Under the pieces are notes generated by a model. The model ran no database searches and was not told the DNA's origin. It worked only from the letters and a program-made list of their open reading frames with translations. 64,000 nucleotides of DNA from the human T2T-CHM13v2.0 reference genome, Homo sapiens. How positions within the stretch are numbered: position 1 is the first letter of the stretch; each line of letters opens with the position of its first letter. Where the stretch lies: NCBI RefSeq assembly GCF_009914755.1, contig NC_060940.1; one strand, 5' to 3'. Positions 45,254-60,881 of this stretch are shown here, piece by piece. The translations under genes and the position numbers were made by a program.

Positions 45254-48200
45254 GAGTACATTTAATGATTGCTTTGTTTTCAATTCGAAGATGATTACAT
45301 TGGATTCCATTCTATGATACCATTCGATTCCATTCAATGATGATTCCACTCAAATCCATTGGATGATTCCATTCGTGTCCATTCGGTGATTTCATTAGAT
45401 TCCATTCGAGGATGATTCCATTCGATTCCATTCGATGATTCCATTCAATTCCATTCGATGATGATTCCATTCCAGTCCATATGATCATTCCATTTGATTT
45501 CATTCGATGATGATTCCATTCGATTCGATTCGACGATTCCATTCTATTCCATTCGATGATGATTCCATTCGAGTCCATTCGATCATTCCATTCGAGTCCA
45601 TTTAATGATTCCATTGGGTTCAATTCAATGATGATTACATTGGATTCCGTTCTATGATTCCATTCAATTCCGTTCATTGACAATTTGATTCCATTCGATG
45701 ATGATTCCATTTGAGTTCATTCGATGATTCTATTCGATTCTCTTCGATGGTGATTCAATTCTATTATATTGGATGATTCCATTCGATTCCATTTGATGTT
45801 GATTCAATTCGATTCTATTCGATGATGATTCCATTGGATTTCACTTGATGATTCTATTCGATTCCATTCAATGATGATTCACTTCTCGTCCATTGGATGA
45901 TTCCATTTCATTCCATTCGATGATGATTCCATTCGATTCCATTCGATGATTCCATTTGATTCCATGCGACGGTGAGCAATTCGATTCAATTCCATGATGA
46001 TTCTATTTGATTCAATTAGATGATGTTTCCATTCGAATCCATTCCATGATTATTCCATTGGAATCCATTTGGCGATGATTCCATATGAGTCAATTCAATG
46101 ATGATTCCATATGGGTCCGTTCGATGATAATTCCATTTGATTTCATTCGATGCTTCTATTCTATTCCAGTCGATGATGATTCCGTTGGAGTCCATACGAT
46201 GATTCCATTTGATTTCATTTGATGATGATTCCATTCGATGATGATTACATTGGATTCCATTCTATGATTCCATTCAATTCCATTCGTTGATGATTCGATT
46301 CCATTCAATGATGATTCCATTTGAGTTCATTCGATGATTCTATTCGATTCCGTTCGATGGTGATTCAATTCTATTATATTGGATGATTCCACTCGATTCC
46401 ATTTGATGATTATTCCATTGGAGTCCACTTAGTGAATCCTTTAGATTCTACTCGACGATGATTCCATTCGAGTCCATTCGATGATACCATTCAATTCAAT
46501 TCGTTGATGCTTCCATTCAAGTGCATTCGATGATATCATTCGATTCCATTTGATGATAATTCCATTTGATTCCATGCGATGATTCTATTCGATTCCATTC
46601 AATGATAATTCCATTCAATTCAGTGATTCCTCTGGACTCCATTTGATGATGATTCCATTCAATGATTCCATTCGATTCTATTCGAAAATGATTCCATTTG
46701 AATCCATTTGATGATGATTCCATTAGATTCCATTTGATGATTCCATTCGATTCCATTCGACGATGATTCCATTCGATTCCGTTTGATGATTCCATTCTAT
46801 TCTATTTGATGATGATTCCATTCGATTCCATTCGATGATGATTGGATTCGATTCCATTGGATGATTTCATTTGATTCCATTCGTTAATGATTTCGATCAA
46901 TTCCATTCGATGATTCCATTCGATTCCATTCGATAATGATTACATCCGAGTCCATTCGATGATTCCCTTTGAGCCTGTTCGATAATTCCATTTGAGTCCA
47001 ACCAATGATTCCATTCATTTCCATTCAATGATTCCATTCGAGTCCATTTGATCATTCCGGTAGGGTCCATTCGATGTTGATTCCATTGGAGTGCATTCGA
47101 TGATTCCATTCGAGTCCATTTTAGGATTTGATTCGAGTCCTTTCGATGATTCCATTCGATTCCACTCGATGATGATTTCATTCGAGTCCATTCGACACTT
47201 CCAATCGATTCCATTTGATGATTCCATTCGAGTCCAATTGATGATTCCATTCAATTCCATTCGATGATGATTCCGTACGATTCCATTCTGTGATGATTCC
47301 ATGTGATTGCATTCAATGATGATTCCTTTCGATTGCATTCGATTATGATTCATTTCGTGTTCATTCTATGGTTCCACAGGTTTCCATTCGTGTCCATTCC
47401 ATTATTCCATTCTATTCCATTTGATGATGATTCCATTCGATTCCATTCATTGGTGATTCCACTCAATTCCATTCAATGATTCCATTCCATTTCTTTCAAC
47501 AATGATTCCATTAGTTTCTAATCGATGATCCACTTGATTCCATTTGACGACGATTCCATTCTTGTCCATTCGATGATTCCATTTGATTCCATATGATGAT
47601 GATTCCATTCGATTCCATACCATGATGATTCCATTCGAGTCCATTCAATGGTGATTCCATTCAATTCCATTCGATGATTCCTTTTGATTCCATTCGATGA
47701 TGATGGCATTCGATTCCTTTCAATCATTCCCTTTGATTCCATTCAAAGGTGATTTCATTCAAGTCCATTCGATAATTGCATTCGATTCCATTCTATGATG
47801 ATTCCATTCGAGTCCATTTGATGATTCCATTCAATTCAAGTCAATGATGATTCCATTCGATTCCATTCGATGATTCCATTGGATTCCATTCGATGATGAT
47901 TCCATTCAAATCCATTCGATAATTCAATTCAAGTCCATTCGATGATGATTCCAATCGAATCCATTCAAAGATTCCATTCAGTTCCATTCGATGATTCCCT
48001 TAGATTCCATTCGATGATTCCACTTGATTGCATTTACGATGATTCCATTCGATTCCATGTGATGATTCCATTCAATTCTATTCAATGATGTCTCCATTTG
48101 ATTCCATTCGACCATGATTGCCTTTGATTCCATTCAATGATTCCATTCGGTTCCGTTTGATGATGATTCCGTTCGATTCCATTTGATGATTCCATTGGAT

Positions 48201-51200
48201 TCCATTGGATGAGTCCATTCGATTACATTCGATGATTATTCCATTCGAGTGCATTAGATGATTCCATTCGAGTCCATTCGATGATTCCATTCGATTCCAT
48301 TCGATGTTGATTCTGTTCAAATCCATTCGATGATTCCACTCGATTCCATTCGTTGACTCCATTTGATCCCATTCGATGATTTCCTTTGATTCCCTTTGAT
48401 GATCATTCCATTTGATTCAATTCGGTGATTTCATTTGATTCCATTCAGTGATGTTTCCATTCGACTCCATTCGATGATGATTCCATTCGACTCCATTCGA
48501 TTATGATTTCATTCAATTCCATTCGATAATGATTCCCTTCGAGTCCATTCGATGATTCCATTCGATTCCATTCAACGATGATTTGATTCGTGTCCATTCG
48601 ATGATTCCATTTGATTCCACTTGATGATGATTCCATTCGAGTCCATTTGATGATTCCATTCAATTCCATACTCCGATGATTTCTTTTGAGCCCACTCAAT
48701 GCTTCCACTCGATTCCATATGATGATGACTCCATTCGATGAAATTCGATGATGATTCCATTCGCTTGCTTTCGATGATGATTCCACTTGAGTCCGTTAGA
48801 AGATTCTATTCAATTACATTCCATGACGATTCCGTTCGAGTCCATTTGATGATTCCATTAGACTCCATTCGACGATGATTCCATTCGATGTTATTCGATG
48901 ATTCCATTCGATCTCATTCGATGATGATTCCATTCAACTCCATTCGATGTTTCCATTCGAGTTCATTCTATTATTCCATTAGATTCCATTCGATGATGAT
49001 TCCATTCGATTCCATTTGATGATTGCATTCTATTTCATTTGATGATGATTCCATTCGAGTCCACTCGATGATTCCATTCGAGTCCATTTAATGAATCCAT
49101 TGGTTTCAATTCTATGATGATTACATTGGATTCCATTCGTTGATGATTTCATTCGGTTCCATTCAATGATGATTCCATTCAATTCCTTTCAATGTTTCCA
49201 TTCAATTCCATACGATGATGATTCCATTTGATTTGATTCGACAGTGAGCCATTCGATTCAATTCCATGATGATTCTATTTGATTCAATTGGTTGACATTT
49301 CCATTCGATTCCATTCGATGATGATTCCCTTTGATTCCGTTCAAAGATGATTCCATTCTAGCCCATTCAATCATTCCATTCGATTCTATTCAATGATGAT
49401 TACATTCATGTCGATTTGGTGATTCCATTTGACTTCATTTGATGATGATTCCTTTCAAGTTCATTAGATGATTCCATTCGATTCCATTTGATGATGATCC
49501 CATTCGAGTCCATTCAGTGATTCCATTCGTTTCCATTCCATGATGATTCCATTCCTTTCCATTCAATGATTCCATTCGATTCCGTTTGATGATGATTTCA
49601 TTCGAGTCCATTTGATGATTCCATTTGATTCCATTCGATGATGATTCCATTCGAGTCCATTCGATGATTCTATTCGAATCCATTTGATGATTTCTTTTGA
49701 TTATATTTGGTGATGATTCCATTGGAGTCCATTCAATGATTCCATTCTATTCCAATCGATGATGATTCCATTAGAGTCCATTTAATGATTCCATTTGATT
49801 CCAGTCTCTGATGATTACATTCGAGTCCATACGATGATTCCACTCAATTCCATATGATGATGATTCCATTTGATTCCATTCGGTGATTCCATTCTATTCT
49901 ATTCAATGGTGATTCCATTCGAGTACATTAGATGATTCCATTCGTTTCCATTCAATGATGATTCTATTTGTGTCCCTTAGATGATTCCACATGATTCCAT
50001 TAGATGATGATACTATTTGAGCCCATCCAATGATTCCCTTCGATTCCATTCGATGAGGATTCCATTCGATTCAATTCATTGGTGATTCTATTCAATTCAA
50101 TTCTTTGATTCCATTCCATTCCATTCGACAATGATTCCATTCGATTTCTTTCGATGATTCCACTCGATTCCACTTGACATTGATTCCATTCGATTCCATT
50201 CATTGATTCCATTTGATTCCAGTGGGTGATGATTGCCATCGATTCCATTCGATCACTCCATTCTATTCCATTTGATGATGATTACATTCGATTCCATTTG
50301 ATGATTCCATCTGATTCTATTCGAGGATTCCATTTGATTCCATTCGATGATGATTCCATTCGAGTCCATTCGATGATTTCATTCGAGTACATCCAATGAT
50401 TCCATTCGAGTCCATTAGATGATTCCATTTGATTCCATTTGAAATTGATTCTACTAGAGTCCATTCAATGACTCCATTCGAGTCCATTCAACAATTCCAT
50501 TCGACTCCATTCGATGATTCCATTCGATTCCATTTGATGGTTCCATTCGAGTCCATTTAATCATTACAGTCGAGTCCATTTGGTGATTCCACTGGATTTC
50601 TTTTGATAATGATACCATTCAATTGCATTTGATGATGATCCCATTCAATTTCATTTGATGATGATTCCATTAGAGTCCATTCGATGATTTCATTCGAGTC
50701 CCTTCATTGATTCCATCCGATTTCATTGGATGATGACTCCATTCGAGTCCATTCGATGATTCCACTCGATTCCATTAGATGACTCCATTGGAGTCCATTT
50801 GATTGTTCCATTCGATTCCATTCGATTCCTTTCGAAGATTATTCCATTTGAGTCCATTCGATGATGATTCCATTCCATTCCATTCGATGATTCCGTTTGA
50901 TTCCATTCGATGATTCCCTTCGATTCCTTTCTTTGATGATTCCATTCCATTCCATTCAATGATTCCATTCGAATCTATTCCATGATGATTCCTTTCGATT
51001 CCATTCGCTGATGTTTCCGTTCAATTCCATTCGATGATGATTCCATTCGATTCCATTCATTGAGGATTCCATTTGATTCCATTCAATGATGATTCCATTC
51101 TATTCCATTCAATGATTGCATTCAATTCCATTCAATGATTATCCCATTAGAGTAAACTCAACGATTCCATTCAATACCATTCGATGATGATTCCTTTTGA

Positions 51201-54200
51201 GTCCATTCAATGATTTCATTCAAGTCCATTTGATGATTCCTTTCAATTCCATTCTATGATGATTCCATTCGAGTCCATTCGATGATTCCATTCGATTGCA
51301 TTCGATGATTCCATTATATTCCATTCAACGGTGATTCCATTCGAGTCCATTCCATGATTCCATTAGAGTACATTTAATGATTGCTTTGTTTTCAATTCGA
51401 AGATGATTACATTGGATTCCATTCTATGATACCATTCGATTCCATTCAATGATGATTCCACTCAAATCCATTGGATGATTCCATTCGTGTCCATTCGGTG
51501 ATTTCATTAGATTCCATTCGAGGATGATTCCATTCGATTCCATTCGATGATTCCATTCAATTCCATTCGATGATGATTCCATTCCAGTCCATATGATCAT
51601 TCCATTTGATTTCATTCGATGATGATTCCATTCGATTCGATTCGACGATTCCATTCTATTCCATTCGATGATGATTCCATTCGAGTCCATTCGATCATTC
51701 CATTCGAGTCCATTTAATGATTCCATTGGGTTCAATTCAATGATGATTACATTGGATTCCGTTCTATGATTCCATTCAATTCCGTTCATTGACAATTTGA
51801 TTCCATTCGATGATGATTCCATTTGAGTTCATTCGATGATTCTATTCGATTCTCTTCGATGGTGATTCAATTCTATTATATTGGATGATTCCATTCGATT
51901 CCATTTGATGTTGATTCAATTCGATTCTATTCGATGATGATTCCATTGGATTTCACTTGATGATTCTATTCGATTCCATTCAATGATGATTCACTTCTCG
52001 TCCATTGGATGATTCCATTTCATTCCATTCGATGATGATTCCATTCGATTCCATTCGATGATTCCATTTGATTCCATGCGACGGTGAGCAATTCGATTCA
52101 ATTCCATGATGATTCTATTTGATTCAATTAGATGATGTTTCCATTCGAATCCATTCCATGATTATTCCATTGGAATCCATTTGGCGATGATTCCATATGA
52201 GTCAATTCAATGATGATTCCATATGGGTCCGTTCGATGATAATTCCATTTGATTTCATTCGATGCTTCTATTCTATTCCAGTCGATGATGATTCCGTTGG
52301 AGTCCATACGATGATTCCATTTGATTTCATTTGATGATGATTCCATTCGATGATGATTACATTGGATTCCATTCTATGATTCCATTCAATTCCATTCGTT
52401 GATGATTCGATTCCATTCAATGATGATTCCATTTGAGTTCATTCGATGATTCTATTCGATTCCGTTCGATGGTGATTCAATTCTTTTATATTGGATGATT
52501 CCACTCGATTCCATTTGATGATTATTCCATTGGAGTCCACTTAGTGAATCCTTTAGATTCTACTCGACGATGATTCCATTGGAGTCCATTCGATGATACC
52601 ATTCAATTCCATTCGTTGATGCTTCCATTCAAGTGCATTCGATGATATCATTTGATTCCATTTGATGATAATTCCATTTGATTCCATGCGATGATTCTAT
52701 TCGATTCCATTCAATGATAATTCCATTCAATTCAGTGATTCCTCTGGACTCCATTTGATGATGATTCCATTCAATGATTCCATTCGATTCTATTCGAAAA
52801 TGATTCCATTTGAATCCATTTGATGATGATTCCATTAGATTCCATTTGATGATTCCATTCGATTCCATTCGACGATGATTCCATTCGATTCCGTTTGATG
52901 ATTCCATTCTATTCTATTCGATGATGATTCCATTCGATTCCATTCGATGATGATTGGATTCGATTCCATTGGATGATTTCATTTGATTCCATTCGTTAAT
53001 GATTTCGATCAATTCCATTCGATGATTCCATTCGATTCCATTCGATAATGATTACATCCGAGTCCATTCGATGATTCCCTTTGAGCCTGTTCGATAATTC
53101 CATTTGAGTCCAACCAATGATTCCATTCATTTCCATTCAATGATTCCATTCGAGTCCATTTGATCATTCCGGTAGGGTCCATTCGATGTTGATTCCATTG
53201 GAGTGCATTCGATGATTCCATTCGAGTCCATTTTAGGATTTGATTCGAGTCCTTTCGATGATTCCATTCGATTCCACTCGATGATGATTTCATTCGAGTC
53301 CATTCGACACTTCCAATCGATTCCATTTGATGATTCCATTCGAGTCCAATTGATGATTCCATTCAATTCCATTCGATGATGATTCCCTACGATTCCATTC
53401 TGTGATGATTCCATGTGATTGCATTCAATGATGATTCCTTTCGATTGCATTCGATTATGATTCATTTCGTGTTCATTCTATGGTTCCACAGGTTTCCATT
53501 CGTGTCCATTCCATTATTCCATTCTATTCCATTTGATGATGATTCCATTCGATTCCATTCATTGGTGATTCCACTCAATTCCATTCAATGATTCCATTCC
53601 ATTTCTTTCAACAATGATTCCATTAGTTTCTAATCGATGATCCACTTGATTCCATTTGACGACGATTCCATTCTTGTCCATTCGATGATTCCATTTGATT
53701 CCATATGATGATGATTCCATTCGATTCCATACCATGATGATTCCATTCGAGTCCATTCAATGGTGATTCCATTCAATTCCATTCGATGATTCCTTTTGAT
53801 TCCATTCGATGATGATGGCATTCGATTCCTTTCAATCATTCCCTTTGATTCCATTCAAAGGTGATTTCATTCAAGTCCATTCGATAATTGCATTCGATTC
53901 CATTCTATGATGATTCCATTCGAGTCCATTTGATGATTCCATTCAATTCAAGTCAATGATGATTCCATTCGATTCCATTCGATGATTCCATTGGATTCCA
54001 TTCGATGATGATTCCATTCAAATCCATTCGATAATTCAATTCAAGTCCATTCGATGATGATTCCAATCGAATCCATTCAAAGATTCCATTCAGTTCCATT
54101 CGATGATTCCCTTAGATTCCATTCGATGATTCCACTTGATTGCATTTACGATGATTCCATTCGATTCCATGTGATGATTCCATTCAATTCTATTCAATGA

Positions 54201-57200
54201 TGTCTCCATTTGATTCCATTCGACCATGATTGCCTTTGATTCCATTCAATGATTCCATTCGGTTCCGTTTGATGATGATTCCGTTCGATTCCATTTGATG
54301 ATTCCATTTGATTCCATTGGATGAGTCCATTCGATTACATTCGATGATTATTCCATTCGAGTGCATTAGATGATTCCATTCGAGTCCATTCGATGATTCC
54401 ATTCGATTCCATTCGATGTTGATTCTGTTCAAATCCATTCGATGATTCCACTCGATTCCATTCGTTGACTCCATTTGATCCCATTCGATGATTTCCTTTG
54501 ATTCCCTTTGATGATCATTCCGTTTGATTCAATTCGGTGATTTCATTTGATTCCATTCAGTGATGTTTCCATTCGACTCCATTCGATGATGATTCCATTC
54601 GACTCCATTCGATTATGATTTCATTCAATTCCATTCGATAATGATTCCCTTCGAGTCCATTCGATGATTCCATTCGATTCCATTCAACGATGATTTGATT
54701 CGTGTCCATTCGATGATTCCATTTGATTCCACTTGATGATGATTCCATTCGAGTCCATTTGATGATTCCATTCAATTCCATACTCCGATGATTTCTTTTG
54801 AGCCCACTCAATGCTTCCACTCGATTCCATATGATGATGACTCCATTCGATGAAATTCGATGATGATTCCATTCGCTTGCTTTCGATGATGATTCCACTT
54901 GAGTCCGTTAGAAGATTCTATTCAATTACATTCCATGACGATTCCGTTCGAGTCCATTTGATGATTCCATTAGACTCCATTCGACGATGATTCCATTCGA
55001 TGTTATTCGATGATTCCATTTGATCTCATTCGATGATGATTCCATTCAACTCCATTCGATGTTTCCATTCGAGTTCATTCTATTATTCCATTAGATTCCA
55101 TTCGATGATGATTCCATTCGATTCCATTTGATGATTGCATTCTATTTCATTTGATGATGATTCCATTCGAGTCCACTCGATGATTCCATTCGAGTCCATT
55201 TAATGAATCCATTGGTTTCAATTCTATGATGATTACATTGGATTCCATTCGTTGATGATTTCATTCGGTTCCATTCAATGATGATTCCATTCAATTCCTT
55301 TCAATGTTTCCATTCAATTCCATACGATGATGATTCCATTTGATTTGATTCGACAGTGAGCCATTCGATTCAATTCCATGATGATTCTATTTGATTCAAT
55401 TGGTTGACATTTCCATTCGATTCCATTCGATGATGATTCCCTTTGATTCCGTTCAAAGATGATTCCATTCTAGCCCATTCAATCATTCCATTCGATTCTA
55501 TTCAATGATGATTCCATTCATGTCGATTTGGTGATTCCATTTGACTTCATTTGATGATGATTCCTTTCAAGTTCATTAGATGATTCCATTCGATTCCATT
55601 TGATGATGATCCCATTCGAGTCCATTCAGTGATTCCATTCGTTTCCATTCCATGATGATTCCATTCCTTTCCATTCAATGATTCCATTCGATTCCGTTTG
55701 ATGATGATTTCATTCGAGTCCATTTGATGATTCCATTTGATTCCATTCGATGATGATTCCATTCGAGTCCATTCGATGATTCTATTCGAATCCATTTGAT
55801 GATTTCTTTTGATTATATTTGGTGATGATTCCATTGGAGTCCATTCAATGATTCCATTCGATTCCAATCGATGATGATTCCATTAGAGTCCATTTAATGA
55901 TTCCATTTGATTCCAGTCTCTGATGATTACATTCGAGTCCATACGATGATTCCACTCAATTCCATAAGATGATGATTCCATTTGATTCCATTCGGTGATT
56001 CCATTCTATTCTATTCAATGGTGATTCCATTCGAGTACATTAGATGATTCCATTCGATTCCATTCAATGATGATTCTATGTGTGTCCCTTAGATGATTCC
56101 AAATGATTCCATTACATGATGATACTATTTGAGCCCATCCAATGATTCCCTTCGATTCCATTCGATGAGGATTCCATTCGATTCAATTCATTGGTGATTC
56201 TATTCAATTCAATTCTTTGATTCCATTCCATTCCATTCGACAATGATTCCATTCGATTTCTTTCGATGATTCCACTCGATTCCACTTGACATTGATTCCA
56301 TTCGATTCCATTCAATGATTCCATTTGATTCCAGTGGATGATGATTGCCATTGATTCCATTCGATCACTCCATTCTATTCCATTTGATGATGATTACATT
56401 CGATTCCATTTGATGATTCCATCTGATTCTATTCGAGGATTCCATTTGATTCCATTCGATGATGATTCCATTCGAGTCCATTCGATGATTTCATTCCAGT
56501 ACATCCAATGATTCCATTCGAGTCCATTAGATGATTCCATTTGATTCCATTTGAAAATGATTCTACTAGAGTCCATTCAATGACTCCATTCGAGTCCATT
56601 CAACAATTCCATTCGACTCCATTCGATGATTCCATTCGATTCCATTTGATGGTTCCATTCGAGTCCATTTAATCATTACAGTCGAGTCCATTTGTTGATT
56701 CCACTGGATTTCTTTTGATAATGATACCATTCAATTACATTTGATGATGATCCCATTCAACTTCATTTGATGATGATTCCATTAGAGTCCATTCGATGAT
56801 TTCATTCGAGTCCCTTCATTGATTCCATCCGATTTCATTGGATGATGACTCCATTCGAGTCCATTCGATGATTCCACTCGATTCCATTAGATGACTCCAT
56901 TGGAGTCCATTTGATTGTTCCATTCGATTCCATTCGATTCCTTTCGAAGATTATTCCATTTGAGTCCATTCGATGATGATTCCATTCCATTCCATTCCAT
57001 GATTCCGTTTGATTCCATTCGATGATTCCCTTCGATTCCTTTCTTTGATGATTCCATTCCATTCCATTCAATGATTCCATTCGAATCTATTCCATGATGA
57101 TTCCTTTCGATTCCATTCGCTGATGTTTCCGTTCAATTCCATTCGATGATGATTCCATTCGATTCCATTCATTGAGGATTCCATTTGATTCCATTCAATG

Positions 57201-57477
57201 ATGATTCCATTCTATTCCATTCAATGATTGCATTCAATTCCATTCAGTGATTATCCCATTAGAGTAAACTCAACGATTCCATTCAATACCATTCGATGAT
57301 GATTCCTTTTGAGTCCATTCAATGATTTCATTCAAGTCCATTTGATGATTCCATTCAATTCCATTCTATGATGATTCCATTCGAGTCCATTCGATGATTC
57401 CATTCGATTGCATTCGATGATTCCATTATATTCCATTCAACGGTGATTCCATTCGAGTCCATTCCATGATTCCATTA
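45254..57477 (+). repeat. Unit copies 9-10, two full-length 6,112-bp units
   Basis: GAGTACATTTAA at 45254, 51366 and 57478. ORF offsets 46016, 52128, 58240. Confidence 0.92.
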
Positions 57478-60400
57478 GAGTACATTTAATGATTGCTTTG
57501 TTTTCAATTCGAAGATGATTACATTGGATTCCATTCTATGATACCATTCGATTCCATTCAATGATGATTCCACTCAAATCCATTGGATGATTCCATTCGT
57601 GTCCATTCGGTGATTTCATTAGATTCCATTCGAGGATGATTCCATTCGATTCCATTCGATGATTCCATTCAATTCCATTCGATGATGATTCCATTCCAGT
57701 CCATATGATCATTCCATTTGATTTCATTCGATGATGATTCCATTCGATTCCATTCGATGATTCCATTCTATTCCATTCGATGATGATTCAATTCGAGTCC
57801 ATTCGATGATTCCATTCGAGTCCATTTAATGATTCCATTGGGTTCAATTCAATGATGATTACATTGGATTCCGTTCTCTGATTCCATTCAATTCCGTTCA
57901 TTGACAATTTGATTCCATTCGATGATGATTCCATTTGAGTTCATTCGATGATTCTATTCGATTCTCTTCGATGGTGATTCAATTCTATTATATTGGATGA
58001 TTCCATTCGATTCCATTTGATGTTGATTCAATTCGATTCTATTCGATGATGATTCCATTGGATTTCACTTGATGATTCTATTCGATTCCATTCAATGATG
58101 ATTCACTTCTCGTCCATTGGATGATTCCATTTCATTCCATTCGATGATGATTCCATTCGATTCCATTCGATGATTCCATTTGATTCCATGCGTCGGTGAG
58201 CAATTCGATTCAATTCCATGATGATTCTATTTGATTCAATTAGATGATGTTTCCATTCGAATCCATTCCATGATTATTCCATTGGAATCCATTTGGCGAT
58301 GATTCCATATGAGTCAATTCAATGATGATTCCATATGGGTCCGTTCGATGATAATTCCATTTGATTTCATTGGATGCTTCTATTCTATTCCAGTCGATGA
58401 TGATTCCGTTGGAGTCCATACGATGATTACATTTGATTTCATTTGATGATGATTCCATTCGATGATGATTACATTGGATTCCATTCTATGATTCCATTCA
58501 ATTCCATTCGTTGATGATTCGATTCCATTCAATGATGATTCCATTTGAGTTCATTCGATGATTCTATTCGATTCCGTTCGATGGTGATTCAATTCTCTTA
58601 TATTGGATGATTCCACTCGATTCCATTTGATGATTATTCCATTGGAGTCCACTTAGTGAATCCTTTAGATTCTACTCGAAGATGATTCCATTCGAGTCCA
58701 TTCGATGATACCATTCAATTCCATTCGTTGATGCTTCCATTCAAGTGCATTCGATGATATCATTCGATTCCATTTGATGATAATTCCATTTGATTCCATG
58801 CGATGATTCTATTCGATTCCATTCAATGATAATTCCATTCAATTCAGTGATTCCTCTGGACTCCATTTGATGATGATTCCATTCAATGATTCCATTCGAT
58901 TCTATTCGAAAATGATTCCATTTGAATCCATTTGATGACGATTCCATTCGATTCCATTCGACGATGATTCCATTCGATTCCATTTGATGATTCCATTCTA
59001 TTCTATTCGATGATGATTCCATTCGATTCCATTCGACGATGATTGGATTCGATTCCATTTGATGATTTCATTTGATTCCATTCGTTAATGATTTCGATCA
59101 ACTCCATTCGATGATTCCATTTGATTCCATTCGATAATGATTACATCCGAGTCCATTTGATGATTCCATTTGAGCCCGTTCGATAATTCCATTTGAGTCC
59201 AATCAATGATTCCATTCATTTCCATTCAATGATTCCATTCGAGTCCATTTGATCATTCTGGTAGGGTCCGTTCGATGTTGATTCCATTGGAGTGCATTCG
59301 ATGATTCCATTCGAGTCCATTTTATGATTTGATTCGAGTCCTTTCGATGATTCCATTCGATTCCACTCGATGATGATTTCATTCGAGTCCATTCGACACT
59401 TTCAATCGATTCCATTTGATGATTCCATTCGAGTCCAATTGATGATTCCATTCAATTCCATTCGATGATGATTCCGTACGATTCCATTCTGTGATGATTC
59501 CATGTGATTGCATTCAATGATGATTCCTTTCGACTGCATTCGATTATGATTCATTTCGTGTTCATTCTATGGTTCCACAGGTTTCCATTCGATGACGTTT
59601 CCGTTCGTGTCCATTCCATTATTCCATTCTATTTCATTTGATGATGATTCCATTCGATTCCATTCATTGGTGATTCCACTCAATTCCATTCAATGATTCC
59701 ATTCCATTTCTTTCAACAATGATTCCATTAGTTTCTATTCGATGATCCACTTGATTCCATTTGGCGATGATTCCATTCGTGTCCATTCGATGATTCCATT
59801 TGATTCCATATGATGATGATTCCATTCGATTCCATACCATGATGATTCCATTCGAGTCCATTCAATGGTGATTCCATTCAATTCCATTCGATGATTCCTT
59901 CCGATTCCATTCGATGATGATGGCATTCGATTCCTTTCAATCATTCCCTTTGATTCCATTCAAAGGTGATTTCATTCAAGTCCATTCGATAATTGCATTC
60001 GATTCCATTCTATGATGATTCCATTCGAGTCCATTTGATGATTCCATTCAATTCAAGTCAATGATGATTCCATTCGATTCCATTCGATGATTCCATTGGA
60101 TTCCATTCGATGATGATTCCATTCAAATCCATTCGATAATTCAATTCAAGTCCATTCGATGATGATTCCAATCGAATCCATTCAAAGATTCCATTCAATT
60201 CCATTCGATGATGATTCCCTTAGATTCCATTCGATGATTCCACTTGATTCCATTTACGATGATTCCATTCGATTCCATGTGATGAATCCATTCAATTCTA
60301 TTCAATGATGTTTCCATTTGATTCCATTGGACCATGATTGCCTTTGATTCCATTCAATGATTCCATTCGGTTCCATTTGATGATGATTCCGTTCTATTCC

Positions 60401-60881
60401 ATTTGATGATTCCATTTGATTCCATTGGATGAGTCCATTCGATTACATTCGATGATTATTCCATTCGAGTGCATTAGATGATTGCATTCGAGTCCATTCG
60501 ATGATTCCATTCGATTCCATTCGATGTTGATTCTGTTCAAATCCATTCGATGATTCCACTCGATTCCATTCGATGACTCCATTTGATCCCATTCGATGAT
60601 TTCCTGTGATTCCCTTTGATGATCATTCTATTTGATTCAATTCGGTGATTTCATTTCATTCCATTCAGTGATGTTTCCATTCGACTGTATTCGATGATGA
60701 TTCCATTCGACTCCATTCGATTATGATTTCATTCAATTCCATTCAATAATGATTCCCTTCGAGTCCATTCGATGATTCCATTCGATTCCATTCAACGATG
60801 ATTTGATTCGTTTCCATTCGATGATTCCATTTGATTCCACTTGATGCTGATTCCATTCGAGTCCATTTGATGATTCCATTC
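57478..60881 (+). repeat. Unit copy 11, partial and increasingly divergent
   Basis: Collinear with the unit to ~60881, with a 23-bp deletion (~58940), a 16-bp insertion (~59591), a 3-bp insertion (~60210) and many substitutions. Confidence 0.85.

Larger units (their letters stand above)
39..60881 (+). repeat. ~6,112-bp higher-order tandem repeat, probably HSat2B of the chr16q11.2 type
   Basis: Landmarks recur at exactly 6112 bp: GAGTACATTTAATGATTGCTTTG at 6069, 12181, 18293, 24405, 30517 and at 45254, 51366, 57478. The ORF track repeats at the same offsets. The period is seen directly; the subfamily/chromosome label rests on the known ~6.1-kb unit of chr16 HSat2B. Confidence 0.85.
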
